From an uncultured Verrucomicrobiae bacterium (GTDB lineage: Bacteria > Verrucomicrobiota > Verrucomicrobiia > Chthoniobacterales > UBA10450): DNA of 64,000 nucleotides. Below the pieces are notes generated by a model. It was not told the origin of the DNA. It made no database searches and saw only the letters and a list, made by a program, of their open reading frames with translations. Numbering within the stretch: position 1 is the stretch's first letter; each line of letters opens with the position of its first letter. Below, one piece after another: positions 40,957 through 51,468 of the stretch. Location of the stretch: NCBI GenBank assembly GCA_963772365.1, contig CAVYXA010000003.1:352001-416000 (forward strand), written 5' to 3'. The position numbers and the translations under genes are program-made.

Positions 40957-42762
40957 ATGTCGATGGTAAGTCGAGAGAACTCTAAAACATTCGTTTGGGC
41001 AGTGGCCGTTTCAATGGCCGCCGGGTTTCTTTATTTCCTCACCGCAGCTCGTGATATCGTGGTCGGCGATAATCCCGAGCTGATCACCGTCGCGGTCACA
41101 TTGGGCGTGGCGCACTCGCCCGGGTATCCGTTGTTCACCATGCTGGGTCATCTCTTCAGTTTATTGCCGATCGGTTCGATTCCGTTTCGCGTGAATCTTC
41201 TTTCGGTTGTGTGCGACGCGCTTACTGCCGGCGTCGTTTTTCTCACTGCATTTCGTCTGACGCGTTCTCATCTCGCGGCTGCAATGGCAGCCCTTGTCCT
41301 TGCCCTGAATCCCCTGTTTTGGTCATGGTCGTTAGTCGCGGAGGTATTCCCGCTCAATAACCTTTTGGCTGCGACATTGATTTATCTGCTCGTGATCTGG
41401 TACAGCGAACCGGAGCGGGTTGGGGTTTTGACGGCAGCGGCCTTCGTCGCCGGCCTGGCCCTTTCAAATCATCAAACAATTGTTCTGCTCGGTCCGGCGG
41501 TTTGCTTTTTGTTATGGCAACGCCGCAGCGTATCTTGGGCTCAGCCACGAGTGTTTGCTTATTGCATCGTCGCGTTCCTGATTGGATTGCTGCCCTACCT
41601 TTACGTGCCGTGGGCCGCGGCACATCATCCAGCTTACAACTGGGGCGGAGTTTCGTCGCTGCATGATCTCGTTGCCTTGATCCTGCGCCAAAGCTATGGC
41701 GGGCATCATCTGGTTGCCCGCGCTTATCAGGGCGGCTCGTTGTTGCAGCGGGTTCTGGCGCTCTGCCTTTCTTTCAGCGCGCTGATGATCGTGCTGGGGC
41801 TGATCGGACTCGTGCAGTCTTATCTTCGAGAGCGATGGTACTTTTGGTTCAGTCTGCTGGCTTTCATTTTTACCGGTCCGTTTTTTGTTGCGATCACCGA
41901 TCTCAATCTTGCCGCGCCATCGGCTCTGTTCGTTCTCGAGCGATTCTTTGTCCTGCCTCAAGTAGTCGTGGCGCCGCTGGCGGCACTGGGCGCAATTTAT
42001 CTCGCCGAACAAATCGCCGCCTACGCACCGGGATTCCCGATCCGGCCATTGTCGATCCTCGCTGCAGGAGTGGGCCTCGTGTTGATTGTCGGTTTAATCA
42101 CAAATTATCGACACGTGAATCAACGTAACAATCACATCGCCCGCACATATGCGCAGGATCTTTTGAACACCGCGCCGCCAGATACGATTCTTCTCGCGAC
42201 GGGCGACGGGCTGGCGTTGCCGCCCATTTATCTCCACATCGTGGAGCGAGTGCGCCCGGACGTGACCATCATTGTTCCGCCGCTGTTGCCTGCCTCCTGG
42301 TATGTAAATCAGTTGCGCGAACACGATCCGAATCTGCGCATTCCCTTCGATCGTTATGACCGGCGTCAGGGCAACATTCGAACATTGGTCGAGGCCAATC
42401 CTGGCCGTCCGGTGGCAATCGTCGGCCCTGTCCCCGATAATAGTCTTGAGCGCGATTACAAGGCGCGTTTGTTTGGACTAATGATGATTGTCGAGCGCAA
42501 ATCGAAACTAATCACGTTGTCTGAGATGGTGATGGAGAACGATCAATTGAGTAAAAAATACAGTCCGCCGCCGCCTGGGCAGATCAACGCGAAGGGTTTT
42601 GAGAGCGACATTCTCGCCTTGTACGCGCAGCCGGATTGGCGAATCGGGAACGAATACGAACGCGCCGGGCTGAAATCGCCTGCCCGCGACCGTTATCAGC
42701 GCGCGCTTTCCATCGATCCCAATTTTGTCGCGGCGCATCAGGCGCTGGAACGGCTTGATTAA
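40957..42762 (+). CDS. DUF2723 / TMEM260-like membrane glycosyltransferase with C-terminal TPR
   Basis: GDNPEL...LGVAHSPGYPL, AEVF.L, NHQT, LLPYLY.P. Confidence 0.8.
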   Translation: MSMVSRENSKTFVWAVAVSMAAGFLYFLTAARDIVVGDNPELITVAVTLGVAHSPGYPLFTMLGHLFSLLPIGSIPFRVNLLSVVCDALTAGVVFLTAFRLTRSHLAAAMAALVLALNPLFWSWSLVAEVFPLNNLLAATLIYLLVIWYSEPERVGVLTAAAFVAGLALSNHQTIVLLGPAVCFLLWQRRSVSWAQPRVFAYCIVAFLIGLLPYLYVPWAAAHHPAYNWGGVSSLHDLVALILRQSYGGHHLVARAYQGGSLLQRVLALCLSFSALMIVLGLIGLVQSYLRERWYFWFSLLAFIFTGPFFVAITDLNLAAPSALFVLERFFVLPQVVVAPLAALGAIYLAEQIAAYAPGFPIRPLSILAAGVGLVLIVGLITNYRHVNQRNNHIARTYAQDLLNTAPPDTILLATGDGLALPPIYLHIVERVRPDVTIIVPPLLPASWYVNQLREHDPNLRIPFDRYDRRQGNIRTLVEANPGRPVAIVGPVPDNSLERDYKARLFGLMMIVERKSKLITLSEMVMENDQLSKKYSPPPPGQINAKGFESDILALYAQPDWRIGNEYERAGLKSPARDRYQRALSIDPNFVAAHQALERLD

Positions 42763-43001
42763 ACTAGAGTGTATTCATTGTTCGTTTGGTTTCGGAGCGA
42801 ACGGCACGTAACCAATCCTCACTAGGCGGGTGCGCTCGCCGAGCAGTAGCTATTCGAAGCATGGTCCGCCTCTCCCTTCAAGGGAGAGGATTGAGGTGAG
42901 GGTCTTTATTCGGCGTGATAGTGCGCAGCTATCGATAGACCGGCCTCTTTCGAATCCGTTCTTGCCGAAGGAGGCCGAATCCGATACAAGCTCGTTTCCA
43001 T

Positions 43002-43262
43002 ATGGACTTCAGCGCTCATTCTATTATCTGGACTTTGGTGATCGGCCTCATCGTTGGCGCGATCGCAAAACTTCTTATGCCGGGCAAAGATCCCGGCGGT
43101 TGCATCATTACCATCCTGCTCGGTATCGCCGGCGCATTCGTCGGGACGTGGATCGGCCGCGTCTTCATGGGGCCGAACTATGTCGCGCATTGGATCATGT
43201 CGATCATCGGCGCAATGATTCTGTTGCTGCTGTATCGATTGCTTTTCCGGCGCGGCGTTTAG
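43002..43262 (+). CDS. GlsB/YeaQ/YmgE-family membrane protein
   Basis: GLIVGAIAKLLMPG...LGIAGAFVG...SIIGA. Confidence 0.88.
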   Translation: MDFSAHSIIWTLVIGLIVGAIAKLLMPGKDPGGCIITILLGIAGAFVGTWIGRVFMGPNYVAHWIMSIIGAMILLLLYRLLFRRGV

Positions 43263-43397
43263 GCGGCGTTCGGCGGCATCATTGGTTCGTCTTTCGCAGA
43301 TTGCGCCTGCCGAACGAATCTGGGCGGCGTGACACTGTGCGATCTATGATTGCATTCTCGCTCGTCACTCGTCACTTGTCACTCATCCCTGTTTGTG

Positions 43398-44351
43398 ATG
43401 ACCGCGCCGAACAAATTCCGGATCATTGTCGCGTTTGCGGCGGTTTACATTATTTGGGGTTCGACTTACCTCGGAATTTTCTACGCCATCCAATCAATCC
43501 CGCCTTTTCTCATGGCTGGCACCCGATTCGTTCTCGCGGGTCTGATGATGTATGGCCTCGCGCGACTGAGAGGCGCGACTAAACCGACGCCGGTAATGTG
43601 GTTGAACTCGTTCATCATCGGCGGCTGTTTGCTCCTCGGCGGAAATGGCGGGGTTACTCTCGCCGAGAAATGGGTGCCGACTGGCCTTGCGGCTTTGCTC
43701 GTGGCGACCGTTCCAATTTACATCGCCTTTCTCGGCTGGATGACCGGAACCGCCCCGCGACCGACACCTGTCGTCTGGCTCGGATTGCTGGGCGGTTTTA
43801 TTGGTGTCGGTGTTCTTGTCGGACCGGCATTTGCCGCTCCCTCCACTGGCAATCACGTCGCCTTCGGAATGTCGATCCTGCTGATCGGCTCGTTTCTCTG
43901 GTCGATCGGCTCGCTCTATTCCCGCCGGGCCAGGACTGCGCGGACTTTATTTGCCGCTGCGGGCCAGCAAATGATTTGTGGCGGAGCCCTGCTTTTTCTC
44001 GTCGGCCTTTTGGTTGGCGAACAACGCGGCATTAATTTCAATCGCATCACGATGTCGTCGATCATCGCCTTTACTTATCTTGTTCTGATCGGCGCGATAG
44101 TCGGTTACACCGCGTATTTCTATCTGTTGCGTCATTGCGATCCGTCCAAGGTTGCGACCTACGCCTACGTCAATCCGATTGTCGCTCTGATTCTCGGGAC
44201 CTGCTTTGCCCATGAAAAATTGAGCGCGCGAACGTTGATCGGTGCGGCATTGATTATTGGGTCGGTCGCGGTTGTAATCATGGCCGAACAGATGAAAACC
44301 AAAGGTGTCCCGCCGATCGCCACCGCCGTGGAACCGGCCTGTCCCCGATGA
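43398..44351 (+). CDS. EamA/DMT transporter (YedA-like)
   Basis: VYIIWGSTYL, PPFLMAG.RF, TYAYVNP.VA. Confidence 0.9.
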   Translation: MTAPNKFRIIVAFAAVYIIWGSTYLGIFYAIQSIPPFLMAGTRFVLAGLMMYGLARLRGATKPTPVMWLNSFIIGGCLLLGGNGGVTLAEKWVPTGLAALLVATVPIYIAFLGWMTGTAPRPTPVVWLGLLGGFIGVGVLVGPAFAAPSTGNHVAFGMSILLIGSFLWSIGSLYSRRARTARTLFAAAGQQMICGGALLFLVGLLVGEQRGINFNRITMSSIIAFTYLVLIGAIVGYTAYFYLLRHCDPSKVATYAYVNPIVALILGTCFAHEKLSARTLIGAALIIGSVAVVIMAEQMKTKGVPPIATAVEPACPR

Positions 44352-45514
44352 AGAACGACCAGCCAGATCGCAAAGAGACAATCGACGTCGTTCGGCGCAA
44401 TTGGCAGGCCGAAGTGGAAACCGCTCAGTCGTATCGCGACCTGGCCGAGCGCGAGCGAGACGAAAAGCGCAAAGGCATTCTGATCCGAATGGCCGAGGCG
44501 GAAGAACGTCACGCCCAACGATGGGAAAAGAAATTGCGCGACATGGGCGCCGAACCGCCGCAGCTCAAGAACACGTTGGGTCGCAGATTGAATCGTTGGT
44601 GGAACAAGATCGCCGGCGCCGACATCGCCATCCGCCGGATGGAAGCCGCGGAGGAAAAACACGAAGCCGCGTTTCGCGATCAACGCGATCGCGCGTTGGC
44701 CAATGAAGAAGACGTCAAAGATTTCCTCCGGCAAAGCGCGCTCGAAGAAAAAGCGCATGCTCGTGCATTAAACGCCATGACAGGACCTCCGAGTCCCCGC
44801 ACGGCTCTCGACGCGATTTTGAAACGCGAACGCTGGCATGGCCGCGGCGGCAGTTGGGTGGCCGATGCGATCTATGGCGCAAACGATGGGCTCGGCGCCG
44901 TCTTTGGTATTGTTTCGGGCGTCGCCGGCGCGACGAACAACCAGCAGCATTTTATTTTGATCTCGGGTCTCGCCGGAATGTTAGCATCGACATTGTCGAT
45001 GGGCGCCGGCGCGTATCTGGCCGCCAAAAGTGAAGCCGAAGTTTACGAAGCGGAAATTTCCCGGGAGCGCGCCGAGGTCGAAGAAAACCCAGAGGAAGAA
45101 ATCGAAGAGATGTCGCTCTTTTATCAGCTTCAGGGATTCAGTCCCGAAGAATCGCAAAAAATGGCCGAACGTCTTGCCGAACAACCCGAGCAATTCGTTC
45201 AAGCCATGGCTCAAAGCGAGCTCGGACTTTCCGAGCACCGTTTCCCGAACTATTGGACCGCAGCATTCTCGGCCGCGATTTCCACCGCGATCGGTGCGTT
45301 CGTTCCCATTATTCCATTCTTTTTCTCCGGCGGCCTCGACGCCGTTCTCGAGTCATTTGGCATCAGCCTCATCGCGCACTTCGCCGTAGGCGCATTAAAA
45401 TCGCTAATCACGATCCGCTCGTGGTGGGCCTCCGGCTTGGAAATGACCTGGATCGGCGTCATCGTCGCCGTCGTCACCTACGGCCTAGGATTGCTATTCG
45501 GTTCGTTAGGGTAG
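44348..45514 (+). CDS. Rubrerythrin-VIT1/CCC1 fusion (MbfA-like iron exporter)
   Basis: E..H diiron motifs (EERH, EKAH); DAIYGANDGL, SMGAGAYL. Confidence 0.85.
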   Translation: MKNDQPDRKETIDVVRRNWQAEVETAQSYRDLAERERDEKRKGILIRMAEAEERHAQRWEKKLRDMGAEPPQLKNTLGRRLNRWWNKIAGADIAIRRMEAAEEKHEAAFRDQRDRALANEEDVKDFLRQSALEEKAHARALNAMTGPPSPRTALDAILKRERWHGRGGSWVADAIYGANDGLGAVFGIVSGVAGATNNQQHFILISGLAGMLASTLSMGAGAYLAAKSEAEVYEAEISRERAEVEENPEEEIEEMSLFYQLQGFSPEESQKMAERLAEQPEQFVQAMAQSELGLSEHRFPNYWTAAFSAAISTAIGAFVPIIPFFFSGGLDAVLESFGISLIAHFAVGALKSLITIRSWWASGLEMTWIGVIVAVVTYGLGLLFGSLG

Positions 45515-45533
45515 CGCACGCGCCCTCGCGTGC
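45511..45533 (+). repeat. GTAG-type REP whose TAG is the stop codon of the VIT1 gene
   Basis: GTAG-C-GCACGCG-ccct-CGCGTGC. Confidence 0.55.
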
Positions 45534-45668
45534 TGGTTTTGGCGGCTCGTCGAAACGAACTTAGGAGAGAAAGAATACGGGTCAAGAGTAGGAAGAGTAG
45601 GGTCAGGCTAGGCTTGCCCTGATTTGACGGACGGTGGGCTTAGGGTCAAAACCCGAAGGAGAGTCCAC

Positions 45669-46019
45669 ATGAAGACGCAGTTAAGTAAACCGGTTCGCAA
45701 CCGGGCAAACTACACCGAAGAGTATAAGCAGCAGGCGCTGGAGCTTTGGCGCGCCAGTGGTCGCAGTGCGGCCAAAGTGGCGGCCGAGCTGGGGATTCGT
45801 CCTCCGTTGCTTTATCGCTGGGCACGCTTGGAGCGCTTGCCTCAGAGCGGCCCGAGCGCAGCAGCCAAGCCAAGGCGCAGCATGGAAGAACTGGAGCGGG
45901 AGAACCAATTCTTACGGGCCGAAAACGCCAGGCTTCTTGAGCAGAGGGACATTTTAAAAAAGTCTCTGGGCATCCTCTCCGAAGCGCCGCCGAGCGCTAC
46001 GTCCAAGTCGAAGGTATGA
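45669..46019 (+). CDS. IS3 transposase OrfA
   Basis: YTEEYKQQA...VAAELGI...LYRW HTH; RDILKK. Confidence 0.92.
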   Translation: MKTQLSKPVRNRANYTEEYKQQALELWRASGRSAAKVAAELGIRPPLLYRWARLERLPQSGPSAAAKPRRSMEELERENQFLRAENARLLEQRDILKKSLGILSEAPPSATSKSKV

Positions 46020-46864
46020 GTGGGCAATATAAGATCGCCCGCTTGTGCGAAGCTTTGCTCGTTTCGCGCAGCGGCTTCTATGATTGGAAGCAGCGGCACC
46101 ATCATCCAGGAGCGCGCCAGTTAGATAACGCTCGCCTGGTCGAGCAGATCCGGCAGGAGTTTGTCCGCAGTCGCCACACCTACGGCAGTCCACGGCTAGC
46201 GCATGCTCTGGGCTGTCCAGGAAGACGCAATCGCATTGCTCGGCTGATGCGCGCACAAAGACTTTTCGCTCGGCAGCGTTCCAAGTATCGGGTCAAAACC
46301 ACCGATAGCGCTCACGGTGGCCCCATCGCACCGCACCGTCTGCGCCATCTCAAGGTACAAGCGCGCGATCAGGTCTGGGCCACTGATGCCACTGGCATCT
46401 TGACCGCTGAAGGTTGGCTTTACCTGGTCGCAGTGCTGGACCTCTTTAGCCGGCGGGTGGTGGGTTGGGCCATGAGCCCCATCCTGGATGCGCCACTGGC
46501 CATCAGCGCTCTGCGCATGGCCTTAAATCAACGTCGTCCCGCCCGCTCCCTCATCCTTCACTCCGATCGCGGCAGCCAGTTTGCCAGCGCCGCTTACCGG
46601 CAGGTCCTCTCGCAGCACCAACTCATTGCTTCCATGAGTCGCGCCGATAACTGCTACGACAATGCTTTCATCGAATCCTTCTGGAGCAGCCTCAAATACG
46701 AACTGGTCTACGACCAGCGCTTCGCTACTCGCGCACAGGCTCGCACCGCCGTCTTCGGCTACATTGAAACCTTCTACAACCGCATCAGACTGCACTCCAG
46801 CCTTGCCTACACCAGTCCGATTAATTTCGAAATCAAAAACAAAACTAACAAAAATAGACTATAG
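46016..46864 (+). CDS. IS3 transposase OrfB (DDE)
   Basis: YGSPR, WATD, VLDLFSRRVVGW, HSDRGSQF, CYDNAFIESFW. Confidence 0.95.
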   Translation: MSGQYKIARLCEALLVSRSGFYDWKQRHHHPGARQLDNARLVEQIRQEFVRSRHTYGSPRLAHALGCPGRRNRIARLMRAQRLFARQRSKYRVKTTDSAHGGPIAPHRLRHLKVQARDQVWATDATGILTAEGWLYLVAVLDLFSRRVVGWAMSPILDAPLAISALRMALNQRRPARSLILHSDRGSQFASAAYRQVLSQHQLIASMSRADNCYDNAFIESFWSSLKYELVYDQRFATRAQARTAVFGYIETFYNRIRLHSSLAYTSPINFEIKNKTNKNRL

Positions 46865-47198
46865 GAATTGATCCCTACCTAACTGTCCGAAAAATCAATG
46901 CAAGCCCAGGCATCAATTCTTGACTAAAGAGAGCCATTTATGCAGTGAAGCCGGGATATCCGATCGCTTCGATTTTGGCCGGTGCCGACGCAGCTGCTGG
47001 CTCACGTTCGCTGCGCTCTTCATTCCAAGTCGGTCCGCCAACCATTTTTGTGACACCACCGTCTGCTCCCAAATCACCTTTGCAATACAAACCTTGCGGG
47101 CACCCCCCGGATATTCGATGCAAATACTACGGGCCACAGCCGCTCTTTTACCCCACCAGTGCTACTTGTCAAGAATTGATGCCTGACCCCTATCTTCC

Positions 47199-48041
47199 CT
47201 ATCCGGCGTCGCCATTCTTCTTACCCCTGAAAATCTCTCGTGAATCTTTGTTCAGGTTCTTACCGAGTACCACGGTCACTTTATGTTTCTTGTCTTTGTC
47301 AATGGCGTCAAAAATTCTCTTCATTTGTAGATTCTGACTCTCATGTTTCCGTGCTTCCTCGAATTTTTTCTTTATGATTTCTGGGATCTCCCAATACAGT
47401 CCCATTGGATCAGCCTTGTCCCACGGATCATTCCAGCAGTAGCGATAGAAATTGTAATCGCCGGCCTCGAACATCTTCGGGTCTTCAGACATGAAACGTC
47501 CGAGGACGGGGTGATATGCACGCGCTCTATATTCATAAAACCCGAATTGTGAATTGTACTCACGCCCGGTGAAGAGAAAGCGGTTGCCAATTTGACTTGC
47601 TCCGGCGGCGATCAGATTTCCGTTGGCATCGAAAAAGGATGGCGCGCCGAAGGCGTCGTAGCGGTACGATTCCAGCACCTGCGCTCTTCCGTTCACGACG
47701 TTTCCGGTGACGACGGCGATGTTCCCGTTGCGATCGGGGAGCGGGTATTGACCGCCGCCAATCGCGCGGGCGATCACTTCGTCGATCCCATTTCCATAGA
47801 CCATCGTGCTTTTGATCGTCGAGCCGTTCCCTTCCCACTCCACCGTCCAATGTTCGCCGTCGAACAGGTAATAATTTTTCGTCGGGCTGTTTGTCCCGAC
47901 CGTGGTCTTGTGCTCCACGCACCGGCCCAGTGCATCGTAGAACAGCTCGTACTTGGTGGTCACATTGTTGACCAAAGCCGTGGCTGAGGAAAGCCAGGTG
48001 TCGCCGTAATATTTATAGAGCACACCCTTGTAGGTCGGCAA
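47199..48041 (-). pseudogene. Orphan RHS core fragment C with truncated C-terminal tip
   Basis: YRYDAFG, RFLFTGREY, YEYRARAYHP..GRFMSEDP, DPMGL followed by only about 65 aa. Confidence 0.85.
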
Positions 48042-48050
48042 ATTCTATAA

Positions 48051-48411
48051 GGGGTCAGGCATCAATTCTTGACAGAAGCGGTCCATCTTCGCCTTCTGAT
48101 AATATAGGGGTCCGTTTTGCAACCACTGCATCCCGGCCACCAGATTGGCTTCCGGCGTCTCGATGAACAAATGATAATGATTGCTCATCAATACCCAGGC
48201 GTGCACGCGCCAGCCGGTGATCATGCATGTCTCGCCCAGTGTCTTCAAAAACAATTGCCGATCCGCATCGGTGCGGAAAATCGCTTCCCGCCGATTCCCC
48301 CCGCGCCATCACATGATAAAACGCGCCAGGATATTCAATGCGTATGCTGCGAGCCACCGCCGCGATTGAAAGCGGCCAACTCCACTTTGTCAAGAATTGA
48401 TGCCTGACCCC
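48051..48411 (-). mobile_element. TIR-bounded Y1(HUH)/RAYT-like element 2, internally deleted
   Basis: Perfect TIRs GGGGTCAGGCATCAATTCTTGAC; encodes ARSIRIEYPGAFYHVMARG...(frameshift)...VHAWVLMSNHYHLFIETPEANLVAGMQWLQ. Confidence 0.85.
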
Positions 48412-48528
48412 TATTCTTATTCCCCTTTCTGCTGACGCAAGATTTAGCCGAGTGTCAATAGTAAGCGCTAGGCTTGCCCTGATTTGACGGACGGTGGGCT
48501 TAGGGTCAAAACCCGAAGGAGAGTCCAC

Positions 48529-48879
48529 ATGAAGACGCAGTTAAGTAAACCGGTTCGCAACCGGGCAAACTACACCGAAGAGTATAAGCAGCAGGCGCTG
48601 GAGCTTTGGCGCGCCAGTGGTCGCAGTGCGGCCAAAGTGGCGGCCGAGCTGGGGATTCGTCCTCCGTTGCTTTATCGCTGGGCACGCTTGGAGCGCTTGC
48701 CTCAGAGCGGCCCGAGCGCAGCAGCCAAGCCAAGGCGCAGCATGGAAGAACTGGAGCGGGAGAACCAATTCTTACGGGCCGAAAACGCCAGGCTTCTTGA
48801 GCAGAGGGACATTTTAAAAAAGTCTCTGGGCATCCTCTCCGAAGCGCCGCCGAGCGCTACGTCCAAGTCGAAGGTATGA
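48529..48879 (+). CDS. IS3 transposase OrfA
   Basis: Same translation as 45669-46019. Confidence 0.92.
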   Translation: MKTQLSKPVRNRANYTEEYKQQALELWRASGRSAAKVAAELGIRPPLLYRWARLERLPQSGPSAAAKPRRSMEELERENQFLRAENARLLEQRDILKKSLGILSEAPPSATSKSKV

Positions 48880-49724
48880 GTGGGCAATATAAGATCGCCC
48901 GCTTGTGCGAAGCTTTGCTCGTTTCGCGCAGCGGCTTCTATGATTGGAAGCAGCGGCACCATCATCCAGGAGCGCGCCAGTTAGATAACGCTCGCCTGGT
49001 CGAGCAGATCCGGCAGGAGTTTGTCCGCAGTCGCCACACCTACGGCAGTCCACGGCTAGCGCATGCTCTGGGCTGTCCAGGAAGACGCAATCGCATTGCT
49101 CGGCTGATGCGCGCACAAAGACTTTTCGCTCGGCAGCGTTCCAAGTATCGGGTCAAAACCACCGATAGCGCTCACGGTGGCCCCATCGCACCGCACCGTC
49201 TGCGCCATCTCAAGGTACAAGCGCGCGATCAGGTCTGGGCCACTGATGCCACTGGCATCTTGACCGCTGAAGGTTGGCTTTACCTGGTCGCAGTGCTGGA
49301 CCTCTTTAGCCGGCGGGTGGTGGGTTGGGCCATGAGCCCCATCCTGGATGCGCCACTGGCCATCAGCGCTCTGCGCATGGCCTTAAATCAACGTCGTCCC
49401 GCCCGCTCCCTCATCCTTCACTCCGATCGCGGCAGCCAGTTTGCCAGCGCCGCTTACCGGCAGGTCCTCTCGCAGCACCAACTCATTGCTTCCATGAGTC
49501 GCGCCGATAACTGCTACGACAATGCTTTCATCGAATCCTTCTGGAGCAGCCTCAAATACGAACTGGTCTACGACCAGCGCTTCGCTACTCGCGCACAGGC
49601 TCGCACCGCCGTCTTCGGCTACATTGAAACCTTCTACAACCGCATCAGACTGCACTCCAGCCTTGCCTACACCAGTCCGATTAATTTCGAAATCAAAAAC
49701 AAAACTAACAAAAATAGACTATAG
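48876..49724 (+). CDS. IS3 transposase OrfB (DDE)
   Basis: Same translation as 46016-46864. Confidence 0.95.
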   Translation: MSGQYKIARLCEALLVSRSGFYDWKQRHHHPGARQLDNARLVEQIRQEFVRSRHTYGSPRLAHALGCPGRRNRIARLMRAQRLFARQRSKYRVKTTDSAHGGPIAPHRLRHLKVQARDQVWATDATGILTAEGWLYLVAVLDLFSRRVVGWAMSPILDAPLAISALRMALNQRRPARSLILHSDRGSQFASAAYRQVLSQHQLIASMSRADNCYDNAFIESFWSSLKYELVYDQRFATRAQARTAVFGYIETFYNRIRLHSSLAYTSPINFEIKNKTNKNRL

Positions 49725-49832
49725 GAATTGATCCCTACCTAACTGTCCGAAAAATCAATGCAAGCCCACGCTGACCCCTTTCTACCTTCTTTACCCTACC
49801 TATCTTCCTATCTTCTACCCTGACTGTCGCAT

Positions 49833-50567
49833 TTACCGTTGGCGCTCCGTTTGTTTCTGAATCTCATGCCATCGGTTTTTCAAAAGGATTGCGTTCTCTG
49901 GTGTCACCAAGGAAACTTTCCCGTCAACGATTTGAAAATAAAAGGTTCCGAGCCGGGTGTCGAAGTTGTTCGGCGTACGATGCTGCGGTATCCCGGCAGC
50001 AGAAAGCAGTTTTTCTGAATGGTCGAATACCTTTACCGTCCCATCTTCTAATTCCTCCACTTTCGATTTGTCAATTCCGTGAATCCCGAGGTCAAACTCC
50101 TCGGCAAGGCCGCCTCGCCGATCATATAGTTTGATCTGCACTGGAAACGAGCTTTCGTTCGCGAAAAGTGCTAGAATCTCCGGTTCGTTTACTGGCGGCG
50201 TACCAAGCATCTCAACGCGTTCGAGATCGATGATACAGCCATAATAGTCTGTCGGCCGTTGCCTGGCGTAAGCTATTCCGACAACTTTAACCCAATGGTT
50301 ATTAAGATGCAGATAACGTGGCCCGGCGACGCGTGGAGAAATTAGAATCTCACGCGCAAAGCCGGCTTTGGTATCAGCTCGTGGAGGTTGGTACAGCACG
50401 AAATGCGGACCGTCCACCGCCGCCACGCCGATTACCGCAACTCGTTTCCCGCTGTACTTTCTTGGGTTGGCTACTAATTGGTCAAAATCAATAGCAAATG
50501 AGATCCCTGGCACCATCAAGACGGCGAGGAGGAAGATGATTGACTTAAAACGTGCGACCTTACTCAT
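49833..50567 (-). CDS. Putative immunity protein with signal peptide
   Basis: Overlaps the end of the upstream toxin-like ORF by 8 nt; Sec leader; visibly lower GC. Confidence 0.6.
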   Translation of the reverse strand: MSKVARFKSIIFLLAVLMVPGISFAIDFDQLVANPRKYSGKRVAVIGVAAVDGPHFVLYQPPRADTKAGFAREILISPRVAGPRYLHLNNHWVKVVGIAYARQRPTDYYGCIIDLERVEMLGTPPVNEPEILALFANESSFPVQIKLYDRRGGLAEEFDLGIHGIDKSKVEELEDGTVKVFDHSEKLLSAAGIPQHRTPNNFDTRLGTFYFQIVDGKVSLVTPENAILLKNRWHEIQKQTERQR

Positions 50568-51468
50568 GGGGAAAATACAAGAATTTAACTACGTTTGCGG
50601 GCGGCACAGCCCCGATTGACGGAGGGTTTGCAAGCACGGCCTTAATCCCGTAGGCACGAAAATTGTCCACATCAGCTCTCTCGAAGCCATTCTGATGATA
50701 AGCATAAGCGTAATAGATTCCTATTGGCCTGTACCCTGGAGGTAGGTCAGCGTGACGCGGCTCGTAATAACTGCGGTTTTTTATTTGATTCGGATTATGC
50801 GTGTTATCACTGACGTTCCCTACATCACCTTCATGCACGGGCCCACGGGTATAAATTCCAGGGTGCTCGCTGCTCTCCCCCAAATATCCATAGCGCTCGT
50901 GATGTTGTGGATCACGGACAGCCTGAGGCGACGCTTCACTCCCACCATCTTTTCCAGCACCTTGCCACGACTTGAACGTCTTCGCGTTTTTCCCCTTTGG
51001 GTCGCCGTTCTCTGCGCGCGTATTTCCATAGGCTAGTCCTCCACCCTGCAGCGCATGCGCTGCCGCCATAGCGTCATGCAGCTTGTCCATCTCATATCCA
51101 GATGACGAACTGCGCCGGAAAGGATTCAACTCTCCAGGTTGCTGCTGAGAGCTCTCAACCAAATAGGAGGAATAGGGGTCAGGCATCAATTCTTGACTGA
51201 AGAGAGCGATTTGCGCAATGAAGGTGGGATATCGATCGCTTCGATTTGCCACCAGGTTTGCTTCCGGCGTCTCGATAAATAGATGATGATGATTACTCAT
51301 CAATACCCAGGCGTGAACGCGCCAGCCGGTCATGGCGCACGCTTTCCCTAGCGTCCTGAGAAACAGTTGCCGGTCCACCTCGCTCCGGAAAATCGCTTCC
51401 CGCCGATTCCCACGCGCCATGAGGTGATAGAAGGCGCTGGGATATTCGATGCAAATACTACGGGCCAC
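50560..51468 (-). CDS. Chimeric ORF: Y1-transposase N-terminus read through the TIR into an RHS-type C-terminal domain (degenerate DUF4329/JAB-like)
   Basis: HUH NHHHL, then QELMPDP (TIR-encoded), then ...HERYGY...LPPGYRPIGIYY...FERAD. Confidence 0.55.
   Translation of the reverse strand: MARSICIEYPSAFYHLMARGNRREAIFRSEVDRQLFLRTLGKACAMTGWRVHAWVLMSNHHHLFIETPEANLVANRSDRYPTFIAQIALFSQELMPDPYSSYLVESSQQQPGELNPFRRSSSSGYEMDKLHDAMAAAHALQGGGLAYGNTRAENGDPKGKNAKTFKSWQGAGKDGGSEASPQAVRDPQHHERYGYLGESSEHPGIYTRGPVHEGDVGNVSDNTHNPNQIKNRSYYEPRHADLPPGYRPIGIYYAYAYHQNGFERADVDNFRAYGIKAVLANPPSIGAVPPANVVKFLYFPHE

Larger units (their letters stand above)
45609..46908 (+). mobile_element. IS3-family insertion sequence, copy 1 (1300 bp)
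   Basis: IRL TAGGCTTGCCCTGATTTGACGGAC, IRR (rc) TGGGCTTGCATTGATTTTTCGGAC; 3-bp TSD GGC; orfA/orfB with A6G at 45956-45962. Confidence 0.95.
45600..47190 (-). mobile_element. TIR-bounded Y1(HUH)/RAYT-like element 1, internally deleted, left TIR interrupted by IS3
   Basis: GGGTCAGGC[IS]ATCAATTCTTGAC ... GTCAAGAATTGATGCCTGACCCC; ORF 46913-47137 joins MARSICIEYPG to a C-terminal HTH-like segment. Confidence 0.8.
48469..49768 (+). mobile_element. IS3-family insertion sequence, copy 2 (appears identical to copy 1)
   Basis: Same IRs and identical ORF translations at offset 2860; TSD CGC. Confidence 0.95.

Noticed and set aside
45609..49768. Composite transposon of two IS3 copies carrying an RHS fragment
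   Set aside because: Each copy has its own TSD (GGC and CGC), so they are independent insertions; the outer flanks do not match.
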